From a virus, in the IMG/VR virus record IMGVR_UViG_3300042484_002006: a stretch of 64,000 nt of DNA; one strand, written 5' to 3'. The position numbers and the translations under genes were made by a program. Positions 7,033-17,187 of this stretch are shown here, piece after piece (the first letter of the stretch is position 1; every line of letters begins with the position of its first letter). Under the pieces are notes generated by a model. It saw only the letters and a list, made by a program, of their open reading frames with translations. It was not told the DNA's origin and did not search any database.

Positions 7033-10000
7033 TGTCAACACTAAGGGGAGGTGTAGGGGCTAGATCACAGATGATAAGATCCCTTAAAGGAATCGTAGAT
7101 CCTAGGGCTCAAATCGGAAAAAAGGTAACTGAAGAATCTTTCTTTCAACCAAAAGGTGCCATTACAAGTACTCAATTAGAAAGCGTTTTAGGAACAGAAA
7201 CAGAATTTTTAGAAAGATATTCAAATTTCCAAAAAGAGTATCATGCAGCTATTGGTAATAAATTAAATCACGCCAAGAACGCCAAAGTAAATGTTGAGTT
7301 AATGAAAAGGCAAGGAAAGATAGACCTTTCAGTCCTCAATAAAGAAGTGTCAGATAGATTGTATAAATCTTATACTAATGATGTATTGCGAATGGGAAAT
7401 CTTATACGTGAAGTTGGCTTACCGGCATACGAAATGCCAAGCGCAAACTTGTATAGCAAAGTTTTTAAATTTGCAGTTGATAACAAACAGGGCATAATGC
7501 ACCCAGCTCAGATTCTTTTAAATAGAATGATGCTTAACTTCAATCCTAATAAACAAGGATTAGAGTCACTTGGTATAGGTAGAAGTAATATAATGTCACA
7601 AGACACTGTATCCCAGCTTTATGAAAGATCTACAAAATTTAAAACTGGAGAAATATTTGGTGCAAAACCAGCTGCGGGTAAACAATTAGAAATATTAACA
7701 TTCGACGTTGAAACAACAGGCGTAACTAAATATTCAAATGTTAGATCTATGTCCATGGCATCAATGACTATGGATTCTTCAGGAAAATTGAGTAAAGCTG
7801 AAACAGTTCCAGGATATAACGCAGCGTTTAAATCGCCTCAGATGTCCGGTATGACAGTAACTTCATTGGATACGCAAACAAAGAATTATGCGACTCGCAC
7901 AATGCATGAGTTCCTAGCAGCAGCTGAAGGAACGACCCTAGGAGAAATGGGTGAAGGTGGCAGTAAATATCTAGATGAAACTGAAAAATTCTTCAATAGA
8001 CTACTTCAGGCTGATAGGGTTGCAGGCCATAATATTGGATTCGACATCGATGCAATGATAGATACAGCTATGAAGCAAGAAGCTTTCGGAACACACACAG
8101 GTGTACAAAAAGCTATAGATGAGTTCACTAAGAAAAGATGGTCCGACACAGATTATTTAGTTGATACTCTAGAATCTACAAGATCCTATTTGCAAGGGCA
8201 AGTTCAAGAACTTGTAGATCTTGGTGGAGCAATGGATCTGGATAAAAGATCTCAATCATTTGTCAACAATTTATTTTCTCATGAAGTTTTAGCTAGAACT
8301 CATATCGGAGGAAGTGCATCATACGGTAGCGTCGAGAACATTGCGTTGAATACTAATTTATTTGAATTGATAGAAAAAGATGGACAGGCAGAAGAACTAT
8401 TTGGTTTAATAACTAAAGGATCTCACATCGCAGAAACTGACGTTCATCTGCAATCATATGTTGGAAAATATATACAAGAAGGAACATTGAAAATACGCAA
8501 TATGGCGGAGCATGAAAAAGACGTCATGTTAACACAAAATTCAGCGGCAAGAGTTCCTAGCGAACTACTTGAAAGCGAATTTGGTAAGTTTGCTAGAGCG
8601 AAAATATTACAATCATCTGCAATAACCCCAACAACAAATATCGCGAACGTTCAGCATATGTCTGAAAATGTTTTTAATTATATAAGTCAAACACCAGAAG
8701 GAAAAATGGGAGTGTCCCTATCTGTAAGTAGGGAACAAATTAATCAAATATCAGGGGCAAACCTATCTGGAAATTTAACTAAAAAAGGTGTCTTAGAATA
8801 TACAACAAGCGATGCTGGAAAAGGTTTCCATTTCGTTACTGGTGAAGGCAAAGAACTAATTGATCAAACACACGCAGAAAAAGTGATTGACAATATTTTA
8901 GAAGCTGCCAGGATGGAAACAAATATGACCACCCTTAAAGTTGGCAATATAACTCGAGCTAGAAATTTGGCTTCAGAAGCAATTATAGATACTGGAATCA
9001 GTTTCCAACGCGCATCAAATGCAGATGAAATAAAGATGTTATCAACATCAGTTCAAGCTGTTAACGCCGCTAATATGACAACTCAAGATGTGATAGATAC
9101 TTTAGGAACTACATATAGAGAACTTGGAACTGGATTATCAAGTAGTGATCAGATGAGACTTGCTCGAGGTAGAGCTCCTATACAATCAGTATTTCAACAG
9201 GGTTTTGATAATTATACTGGACAAAAAGCTGTTGATATAGCTCAAGCTTTTGCTAAAGTGGGAGACCCATATGCAAATATTTTATCTATGGATGATAGAG
9301 TGTTCTCTACAATTATGGCAAATGCGACATCAAGCCTTGCTCATGAAGCAAATAGAGCAGGTGCAACAGCTGGATATACTGCAGAACACATCGCACATTC
9401 ATCTAAGTCTCATCTTACTTCTGAATTAGGAATGACATTTTATCGCTCTCAAAGACAAGTGAAACTTTTAAATACACTAGATTCCGGTACAGCAATTCAA
9501 AAAACTATGTTGCCACCAGAAATAGTGCGTGAAGCACTAAAGATGATGGACCCAGACGCATCTATGAAAACGATAGGAATTTCAGTTGCAAAAAGAGACA
9601 TGCCAGGTCAAGCTGACATAGTTAATGCAGTTTTCGATGTAAAGAGTCAGATGAGTCAGGCTGAGGCACGGCAGCTTTCAGAAAATATCTTAGAAATCAT
9701 GCAAGATAAGAGTAGAGTTATTGGCTTATTTGGCGGAGATGAAGCTAAAGTTGACGCAGAAATATTAAGTGGAGTTAATCACGTTCAAGCCGTCTCTAAA
9801 ACAAAAGCAGGACTTGGCGCACATCTTGACTCTATGACTGAAAGTATTATGGAAAGAGGCATTGTAGTGGGACATGCCGATGAGAGAGCATCAGCAGAGA
9901 TTATATCAAATCTTGCGCAGCGTGGAACTGATATGTCAAACGACCAGGTCATCGGGCGTACAGCAGCCGAACTTACTACAGGACATACTTCAGAGAGTCT

Positions 10001-10535
10001 AGTAGTTGGCCCATATATGGATAGAAAAGCTGTAGAAATAGGTGGATTGTCGAAAGAACTGGAAGCAGCAGAGGCAGTTGTCGATCATAATGGAGTTAAA
10101 TTATCTCGGTCAGTTGTTAATGCTAATAGAGTAGCTGAAGTAATAGGTTCAGACAGCTCTGTCAATACATCAATTGCTAGAAATATTCGTCGAAGTAAAT
10201 CTGGTCTTGAAATTAACAAAATGGCAGAATTCTACGCATCCCATAAAATGAAATTAGGTTATGGCGCACTAGGAGTGGGCGCAGCTGCAACTGGTTACTA
10301 TATGTATAAGAAACATAAAGAAAGACAGCTTTATAACGAAACTTTAGATCAACAACCAACTGAAAGAGCTATTACTACAGACCAGATGCAAGACTCAAGT
10401 AGAGCATTTAGTCAGGTTTCTTCCACTAGAAGAGATCCATTGGCCACCGCTGGAGTTGTCGGAAATCTAGATCGAGCAAAGATTGGGCATACTCAAATGG
10501 GCCCAAATAAATATAATCATCTTTTTGGAGGATAG
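7032..10535 (+). CDS. 1167-aa putative internal virion protein with embedded DEDDh (DnaQ-like) 3'-5' exonuclease domain and C-terminal hydrophobic helix
   Basis: ExoI ILTFDVETTG (about 7692), ExoII VAGHNIGFDID, YLVDTL, ExoIII HIAETD (about 8424-8441); GALGVGAAATGYYMYKK near the C-terminus. Confidence 0.8.
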   Translation: MSTLRGGVGARSQMIRSLKGIVDPRAQIGKKVTEESFFQPKGAITSTQLESVLGTETEFLERYSNFQKEYHAAIGNKLNHAKNAKVNVELMKRQGKIDLSVLNKEVSDRLYKSYTNDVLRMGNLIREVGLPAYEMPSANLYSKVFKFAVDNKQGIMHPAQILLNRMMLNFNPNKQGLESLGIGRSNIMSQDTVSQLYERSTKFKTGEIFGAKPAAGKQLEILTFDVETTGVTKYSNVRSMSMASMTMDSSGKLSKAETVPGYNAAFKSPQMSGMTVTSLDTQTKNYATRTMHEFLAAAEGTTLGEMGEGGSKYLDETEKFFNRLLQADRVAGHNIGFDIDAMIDTAMKQEAFGTHTGVQKAIDEFTKKRWSDTDYLVDTLESTRSYLQGQVQELVDLGGAMDLDKRSQSFVNNLFSHEVLARTHIGGSASYGSVENIALNTNLFELIEKDGQAEELFGLITKGSHIAETDVHLQSYVGKYIQEGTLKIRNMAEHEKDVMLTQNSAARVPSELLESEFGKFARAKILQSSAITPTTNIANVQHMSENVFNYISQTPEGKMGVSLSVSREQINQISGANLSGNLTKKGVLEYTTSDAGKGFHFVTGEGKELIDQTHAEKVIDNILEAARMETNMTTLKVGNITRARNLASEAIIDTGISFQRASNADEIKMLSTSVQAVNAANMTTQDVIDTLGTTYRELGTGLSSSDQMRLARGRAPIQSVFQQGFDNYTGQKAVDIAQAFAKVGDPYANILSMDDRVFSTIMANATSSLAHEANRAGATAGYTAEHIAHSSKSHLTSELGMTFYRSQRQVKLLNTLDSGTAIQKTMLPPEIVREALKMMDPDASMKTIGISVAKRDMPGQADIVNAVFDVKSQMSQAEARQLSENILEIMQDKSRVIGLFGGDEAKVDAEILSGVNHVQAVSKTKAGLGAHLDSMTESIMERGIVVGHADERASAEIISNLAQRGTDMSNDQVIGRTAAELTTGHTSESLVVGPYMDRKAVEIGGLSKELEAAEAVVDHNGVKLSRSVVNANRVAEVIGSDSSVNTSIARNIRRSKSGLEINKMAEFYASHKMKLGYGALGVGAAATGYYMYKKHKERQLYNETLDQQPTERAITTDQMQDSSRAFSQVSSTRRDPLATAGVVGNLDRAKIGHTQMGPNKYNHLFGG

Positions 10536-10539
10536 CTAA

Positions 10540-11202
10540 ATGCCAGGCATGGGAATATTAGATTCATTAGGAAAAGTGGTAAGAGGAGGAGGCAGGGGTC
10601 TATCTCGCCTTGGCAGTAACAGAGGTTCTTTGCTGGCAATTGGAGCTATTGCAGGAACTGCTGGTCTTGCGAGTAAGGTTGGTCCAGCAGCAAGAGATGC
10701 TACATTAGAGGTTGGACTTGGGGACAAAGACGCAGATAGATACTTTATGGGCAGTAAACTTTCTGCCAGGTCATTAGTTGGTGCGGGAATGGGTGGTCCT
10801 TTAGGAACAGCCATTCAGATGACTAGTCCTGGAGATTTTTATAAAACTAATCCAATAATGCCAGCAGGCGTTGGTGGACAGGCGATTGCTGGAGCTGGGG
10901 TTGGAGGATTGGCGGGAGGAATAGGTGGAGCTTTATTAGGAGTTAAATCTGGTGGTAGTACATTTGGAAAAGTTGCTAAGGGAATAGTTGGTGGAGTCAT
11001 GGGCGTAGGAATGGGAGCTACTATCGGCGGCGCTGCGCCTTTGGCTGGTGCTGGAATTGCAACAAAAGCCTATATGAACGACAATGCAGACTTCTTTGGT
11101 AGTTCACCTTACTCCCGTAAAGGCACTCAGCAAATAATGAATGACCTAGGTGCATCAGGAAATATAGTTTTAGGAATGCATAACTCTAGAAAGGGTTATT
11201 GA
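10540..11202 (+). CDS. Glycine-zipper membrane-type protein (220 aa), putative internal/ejection protein
   Basis: Repeated GxxxG runs (AGAGVGGLAGGIGGALLG; GIVGGVMGVGMGATIGG). Confidence 0.7.
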   Translation: MPGMGILDSLGKVVRGGGRGLSRLGSNRGSLLAIGAIAGTAGLASKVGPAARDATLEVGLGDKDADRYFMGSKLSARSLVGAGMGGPLGTAIQMTSPGDFYKTNPIMPAGVGGQAIAGAGVGGLAGGIGGALLGVKSGGSTFGKVAKGIVGGVMGVGMGATIGGAAPLAGAGIATKAYMNDNADFFGSSPYSRKGTQQIMNDLGASGNIVLGMHNSRKGY

Positions 11203-12719
11203 TAATGGCAGTTATGAGGGAACAAGTAATGCAAGAAGCCATGGATATATCTAATATCCAGGCACCTCTAGCAATGCGTATGGCAGAGCATATACCAGGT
11301 ATAGCAACTTCGATAGGATTTAGCTCCGGAAGAGGAGCTAATACCTTAATGCGTGGTGGCTATATGGATTATAAATACGCAAAAGGGTCACGCATGGCCA
11401 ATAAATTCAGGGTCATGGATCAAACTGGAGCTCTTTCCGCAAGAAATAAGGCTAATTTTTTTGGTGGCGGAAGGATAGCAGGTGGTGGTGGGATCCTTGG
11501 AAGGAGAGCAAGCAAAATAGCCACGCAAGGCGCCTCTAGGGGTGCATTGGGAAGTATGATGGGGTCATCAGCAACTCAAAAAGCTGGATTCTTACGTGGA
11601 GCTAGACTCAACAATATAACTGCAAGGCCAAGAGCCTTAGGTCGCTTTCATTCCATGAGTGTATTCAGTGGACCTGGAGCCTACACTCCATTTGGCGCAT
11701 CAGGTTTCTTGGGACAGACTAAAATGGGTCAAAAAATTGCGGCAAGCGCAGGAGTAACTCCTGTTGCTGGAGAGTCAGCATTTGGTCCAGGTCTACTATC
11801 TTTCATAAGTGCAGGTAGAAAAACAGACTTATTAGAGAGACGAGCTATGGGAGGCTCATCAAGAGCTTTGAAGAAATTAGGCATAGTAGATAAAAATATT
11901 TCTTCTTTAGCAAAAATCAATAATCCAGCTATGTTTCAATCTAAAACTGTAGTTCAAGCAGCTGCTGGCATGCGTACCGCCCCTATTGGAATGGCCAATG
12001 CATCACCTGCTCAAAGATTAGCTGCTGTCAGAGCTGGAGGTTATCAAGCAACGGCGTCCCCAATGCTTAAAGCACAGTCCAGTATGGTTCGAGTAGGGGC
12101 CGGTGGAGCTATGGTAGGTGATGTTGGAGTTAGAGGTAATATGATGGCTTCTTCCATGTATGGAGGCGGGAGCAGATATATGGCTGGCTATTTTAGAGGA
12201 GCAGGTGGTTTTGCTGGTAAAGCCGGACTACAAGGACAAGCTCTAACAGGTGCAAACAAAGCGGTTGCCCACATGGCGGAAGCTTTAGGGCAAAAGCAGA
12301 TCGCGGGCAAGGCTGGATTACAAGCTGCTAGTCACGTTCTAGAACAAGGCGCTTTTAAAACGCTTGGCACAAAAGGAGTCATGGAAGCACTTGGTACAAA
12401 ATCAGGTGCAAAAGTTCTTGGAGCTAGAGCAGCAGCAATGGCTATACCCGGATTGAATGTTATAGCTACAGCAGCCTTAGTCTATGACTTGGGTAAGATG
12501 GCAGGAGAAGTTGTCAAGAGCGGAATTAACTTAGCTAAAGACGCTGGAAAATCTTTACAAGGAGATATCTATAAACCATCATTTGGCATGGGGTACAAAG
12601 ACACAGAAGCAGCAGCAACTTCAAGATCACGAGGAGTTATGGCTATTCAGAATTCTAGATTAAATGCGAGAAGTATGCTAGGATCAGAGGGCGCAATGAT
12701 GGCTGCCCACTATGGATGA
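11199..12719 (+). CDS. Gly/Ala/Arg/Met-rich basic protein (506 aa), putative internal/ejection protein
   Basis: Low-complexity basic composition; hydrophobic AAAMAIPGLNVIATAALVYDLG segment; directly upstream of terL. Confidence 0.7.
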   Translation: MIMAVMREQVMQEAMDISNIQAPLAMRMAEHIPGIATSIGFSSGRGANTLMRGGYMDYKYAKGSRMANKFRVMDQTGALSARNKANFFGGGRIAGGGGILGRRASKIATQGASRGALGSMMGSSATQKAGFLRGARLNNITARPRALGRFHSMSVFSGPGAYTPFGASGFLGQTKMGQKIAASAGVTPVAGESAFGPGLLSFISAGRKTDLLERRAMGGSSRALKKLGIVDKNISSLAKINNPAMFQSKTVVQAAAGMRTAPIGMANASPAQRLAAVRAGGYQATASPMLKAQSSMVRVGAGGAMVGDVGVRGNMMASSMYGGGSRYMAGYFRGAGGFAGKAGLQGQALTGANKAVAHMAEALGQKQIAGKAGLQAASHVLEQGAFKTLGTKGVMEALGTKSGAKVLGARAAAMAIPGLNVIATAALVYDLGKMAGEVVKSGINLAKDAGKSLQGDIYKPSFGMGYKDTEAAATSRSRGVMAIQNSRLNARSMLGSEGAMMAAHYG

Positions 12720-12722
12720 TTT

Positions 12723-14579
12723 ATGACTTTATCAAGTAAGACAAAACAATTTAGAGAATCTTTAGAGGCTCTTTCAAGAGAAGATCTTCTTGAAATAATT
12801 AAAGCACAAGATCCTGAATTAATAAAGCAAATTAATAGAATTGAATGGGTTTTTGAAAACAAACTAAACCATTTGTCATGGAACGATGGAACACCAGTGT
12901 TAAATAGGCAGTTAAGTAATCAAGAATTAGCACTTCTTATAGATGAACCATTTGAACTAGATAAAGAATTATTAGCTGCGGGAATTAGTTCAGAGCATCA
13001 AAGACAGTTGCATGCAGCAAAAGATTCTGTTGTTTGGGCTAAGCAATTTCTTGGAGCTGAACTTAGAGTATATCAAATACTTATTCTACGAGATCCATCT
13101 CTAAGAAAAGTACTCAGGGCAGGTCGTCGTCTCGGTAAAACATTTAGTCTTGCAATACAACTACTTCATTATAGTTATACTCATAAAGATGGCAGGTCAT
13201 TGGTTATCGCGCCAATGAAAACTCAAGTAGAACTTATCTATCAGGAAATATTAAGAATATCTTCAAAAAATGAAGTAGTAATGAATTCTATTAGTAGAAA
13301 AGTTACTAGTCCACAGTTTATGATACAGTTCTCTAATGGATCAACAATTAGATTCTTCACTTCAGGAATGAAGAGCGGCGGAAAAAGTGATGTTGCTCGT
13401 GGTCAGGAAGCACACTTAATTATTCTTGACGAAATGGACTATATGCATGCGGATGACCTTGACGCTCTCTACGCCATGCTACAGAAGACAGCGGAAGATC
13501 AACCAGACAAGGTTATGATTGGCGCATCTACTCCAACTGGTCGTAGAGAAAGATTTTGGGAATGGTGCAATAGTCCAAGGTTCAAAGAGTTCTGGTTTCC
13601 ATCATACTGTAATCCATTTTTCAGTAAGGAACAAGAAGAAGAATTTAGAGAACAATATTCTTCTAGTGGATATCGACATGAAATAGAAGCTGACTGGGGA
13701 GAAGACTCAGAAGGAGTCTATCCAAGAAAGTTTATTGACCGTGCATTCGTTTCGCCATCATGGAAATACCATCCTGAGATTATGTCCGCTCGATCATTCC
13801 ATGTTATAGGAGTTGACTGGGATAAATATGGAGCAGGCACTAATATAGTTGTATTGGAAGTTTGCGCTGACAACTATGAGGACCCAAGATTTAGAGGCAA
13901 AGTAAGACTGTACTATCGAGAAGAAATTAGTAAGTCTGAATACACGCTCACGCGCGCGGTAGATAGAATTATTGAACTTAATCAAATCTTTAATCCTAAA
14001 CATATATATGTTGACCGTGGATATGGAGAAGTCCAAGTGGAACTCTTGAGAAAGCACGGCGTAGAAAATCCATCCTCAAAAATGAAAGAAAGAGTTAAAG
14101 GTATTGGATTTGGTGAATCTATAGAAGTTCGAGATCCTTATACTAAATTAATGATTAAGAAAGAAATGAAACCTTATATGGTTGATAATCTTCGTCAGTA
14201 TTTAGAACGTGAAAATATACTATTTCCCGAAGATGACGAAGAAATGTATCTCCAGTTAATTTCGTACGTTGTAGTTAGAATGACTAGTAGTGGCAGACCA
14301 GTTTTTGAAGCTGGTGGATCAGCTGTAGACCACGCCCATGATGCCCTGATGCTAGCCCTATTGGCAATCACTCAGAACTATGGTGATTTCGCTAGAACTA
14401 ACTATGCAGATAAGACCCAGTCATTTTCTAATGAGTTTTTCATGACTAAACCCAGTACTAAAGATGATGAAGAAGAAAAAAGTCCCAGTAATTTTATTAC
14501 TGGAAGAGTCCAAGCTTTATCTACTGGGATGAGTCGAAAAAAGAATTCTAGTAGTCGAATTTCTAGAAAGATGTTTTAA
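12723..14579 (+). CDS. terL: Terminase large subunit
   Basis: VLRAGRRLGKT Walker A, LIILDEMD Walker B, IGASTP motif III, IGVDWD and DHAHDALML RNase H-fold nuclease motifs. Confidence 0.93.
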   Translation: MTLSSKTKQFRESLEALSREDLLEIIKAQDPELIKQINRIEWVFENKLNHLSWNDGTPVLNRQLSNQELALLIDEPFELDKELLAAGISSEHQRQLHAAKDSVVWAKQFLGAELRVYQILILRDPSLRKVLRAGRRLGKTFSLAIQLLHYSYTHKDGRSLVIAPMKTQVELIYQEILRISSKNEVVMNSISRKVTSPQFMIQFSNGSTIRFFTSGMKSGGKSDVARGQEAHLIILDEMDYMHADDLDALYAMLQKTAEDQPDKVMIGASTPTGRRERFWEWCNSPRFKEFWFPSYCNPFFSKEQEEEFREQYSSSGYRHEIEADWGEDSEGVYPRKFIDRAFVSPSWKYHPEIMSARSFHVIGVDWDKYGAGTNIVVLEVCADNYEDPRFRGKVRLYYREEISKSEYTLTRAVDRIIELNQIFNPKHIYVDRGYGEVQVELLRKHGVENPSSKMKERVKGIGFGESIEVRDPYTKLMIKKEMKPYMVDNLRQYLERENILFPEDDEEMYLQLISYVVVRMTSSGRPVFEAGGSAVDHAHDALMLALLAITQNYGDFARTNYADKTQSFSNEFFMTKPSTKDDEEEKSPSNFITGRVQALSTGMSRKKNSSSRISRKMF

Positions 14580-14587
14580 GGATCATT

Positions 14588-16267
14588 ATGTCTATAAACA
14601 ATATCCAAAGTTACTCAACTGACGCCAAAGAAATATACGCAGATTATAAGTTTGGTGACACTTTTTACAGAGATAAAACTGACGCAAATCAAATTCCACC
14701 CCGTTTAGCAGGAATCTTACCTAACGCTTCGGACTACAGTTTTAGGACTGAATACTATATTCCACTAATTTCAGTCAAGCAACAGATATTAAATTCTGAA
14801 AATATGTTAGTCGCAACTAAAGATAATATAGAAAATAATTTATTAAGAAAAATATATATTAATCCATATCTTGATCCAGATCTTGAAGAATCTCATTTTA
14901 GAATTTGGAACGAAGCATCTCCCCTAATGGATATTCCAGATAAAAAAGAAGAAACTGTTTTTCGCACAACTGAGTACATTGAAGATGGTCAGATGGGCAT
15001 TATGCCGATCATAGTTGGTAATCCTGACACAATATCTAAGAATAACCCACCAAATTACATTTGTTTTGATGAATACCTATTCGCTGAAAGACACGCCTCT
15101 ACCGCAGGAAGGAGATTAGTTAATGAATATGATCAAGCTGTAGCCCAAGCAACATTCTCATATTTTTATCAATTAAGAAAATTATTAAACTTATTTTTAA
15201 ATGAAATTAGTTATATTAAAAATTCACTACTACTTGATTTTGGGGATGAATATGAAAATCCAACACAGCAGCAAATCGCGTTACAATATGACACATGGGG
15301 GAAAATCGCAGTTCACTATTCGCAACGGATTGCAAAAACAATCGTTTCAAAGCCGGGAGAAATACCCAATGCCGAACTGGATAAGATATCTAAGAAACAA
15401 GCCGCTCAATTCCAAGCTTTTTTTGCGATTAGATTAAACGCAGTTGATGCTGAGATTAATGATCAAATAGCTTCTCTCAAAAGAGATTTAATAGATAATT
15501 GTGAAATATTCTATAATAGATTTATTAGTCCATCTTTAAGAATATCTAAGGATATATCTAATCCTTTAGAATTTGATTTCCTAACCACTAGATTCTCTAA
15601 AGATAATCCAATGTTATCCGGGGAGCTAGTAGTCGCTACAAATCTAATAAAAGGAAACTTTGCCTCCATCCACGCAGACTGTATGCAGAGATTTGAAATG
15701 ATGTCTGCGCGCGTAGATTCTATGATGTCTTTAATCCATGAAAAAAGAAAATACGCAAACTATATTTCTCAATTAGGAAACAAATCAGTACAGAAAAGAC
15801 AAGTATTACAGACAGTCCAGAACGATCTATATTCTCCATTATTTAGAAATATATATAGCAATACTAATAGAAATAATACATTTCTATCTAGTCATTCGAA
15901 ACTTGATGGCCTATTGGATAATGATCACCCGCAATACCTTCTTAGAGACAACGGAAATATTACAGGGCATATAACAGCAGAAAGAGGAGCTACTATAGAT
16001 GGAGTTGATCTAAGTGAACACGCGCATACTGGATCAGATGGTTCCCGTCGGATTAAGTCTACAGATATTGACTATGAAAATACTAGGGCACTCAATGCAG
16101 CTGAAAATACATATGCAGTTAAACCTTTATCCGTTACAGTTGATGGATTTATATCTGATATAATTCCTGGCGGAGTTCCAGTATTTGATACAGTTATTTC
16201 GATTGAAGTAGATGACCTTACAATAGGTAGCTATGATTATGAAATTTTATATACGGAAGTAATTTAA
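14588..16267 (+). CDS. Putative virion structural protein (559 aa)
   Basis: Helical core; C-terminal HSKLDGLLDNDHPQYL...IDGVDLSEH motif of the kind seen in phage fibre proteins. Confidence 0.55.
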   Translation: MSINNIQSYSTDAKEIYADYKFGDTFYRDKTDANQIPPRLAGILPNASDYSFRTEYYIPLISVKQQILNSENMLVATKDNIENNLLRKIYINPYLDPDLEESHFRIWNEASPLMDIPDKKEETVFRTTEYIEDGQMGIMPIIVGNPDTISKNNPPNYICFDEYLFAERHASTAGRRLVNEYDQAVAQATFSYFYQLRKLLNLFLNEISYIKNSLLLDFGDEYENPTQQQIALQYDTWGKIAVHYSQRIAKTIVSKPGEIPNAELDKISKKQAAQFQAFFAIRLNAVDAEINDQIASLKRDLIDNCEIFYNRFISPSLRISKDISNPLEFDFLTTRFSKDNPMLSGELVVATNLIKGNFASIHADCMQRFEMMSARVDSMMSLIHEKRKYANYISQLGNKSVQKRQVLQTVQNDLYSPLFRNIYSNTNRNNTFLSSHSKLDGLLDNDHPQYLLRDNGNITGHITAERGATIDGVDLSEHAHTGSDGSRRIKSTDIDYENTRALNAAENTYAVKPLSVTVDGFISDIIPGGVPVFDTVISIEVDDLTIGSYDYEILYTEVI

Positions 16268-16268
16268 T

Positions 16269-17186
16269 ATGACATGGTTTAAATATTTTAAACAAGGAGA
16301 ATCTACGACTTATTCTTATCCGTTGATTAAAAGAACTATTAATAAGTTTACACCTAAAGATAAAATATTAAAAGATACGTGGCTATTTATAGACGTAACT
16401 GATCTGGAAATAGAAAAATATTACAATAGTTCTTTAAATCTTTTAGATGATCATTCTTCATATCTCGTAGTTTATGAATCTATTGAATCAGACTCTGAAA
16501 TGATTCCAGTAAGCAATGTCATTAATAACAATACATTATATTTTCAAGCTGCCAAAGACCATGAAGCAGGCATAGAAACGATAAGTCAATATAGCATATA
16601 TTATAAAACTCCAAATTTACGATATATTAAATTATTAGACTCAGAAAATTATCAAGTCACATCAGCAGGAGAGGCTGAATTCAATTCATTATCTACTGAA
16701 GTAGATATAACTGATTATGACGTCTTTGTTGGATCTGAATCATCCTATAATATTTCTTTCATAAATCCAAATCTTGATTGGAATAATGGTCTTTCCTCAA
16801 ATCCAGGTTCAAAATTATATTTAACTTTCTCAGGACCAAGTATTCAAATATACGGAAATAAAGGACCTGATTATGGAAAGTTTAAATTTAAATTAACTGG
16901 TTTACAAAATACAGAGTTTCCAAATATGTCCCTAGAGCTTGACTGGACAATAGTAGATTGTTATAATTCAACGTCACAAGAAAACGTTATTGTATACGAA
17001 AATAATGATTTAAATGATAGAGATTATAATTTAGAACTCCAAATAATTGCCGATAAAAATATTATATCTTCTGGAAATAATATTAAAATATCTTCTTATT
17101 CTTTTAGCTATAATTTATACTTAACTATTAATAAAGAAGAAATTAGTGATCAAGCAGTTTTTGTGTCTATAGGTGGAATTAGATAA
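16269..17186 (+). CDS. Putative structural protein with C-terminal beta-sandwich/carbohydrate-binding-like domain
   Basis: LTFSGPSIQIYGNKGPDYGKFKF...VDCYN pattern. Confidence 0.55.
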   Translation: MTWFKYFKQGESTTYSYPLIKRTINKFTPKDKILKDTWLFIDVTDLEIEKYYNSSLNLLDDHSSYLVVYESIESDSEMIPVSNVINNNTLYFQAAKDHEAGIETISQYSIYYKTPNLRYIKLLDSENYQVTSAGEAEFNSLSTEVDITDYDVFVGSESSYNISFINPNLDWNNGLSSNPGSKLYLTFSGPSIQIYGNKGPDYGKFKFKLTGLQNTEFPNMSLELDWTIVDCYNSTSQENVIVYENNDLNDRDYNLELQIIADKNIISSGNNIKISSYSFSYNLYLTINKEEISDQAVFVSIGGIR

Positions 17187-17187
17187 T

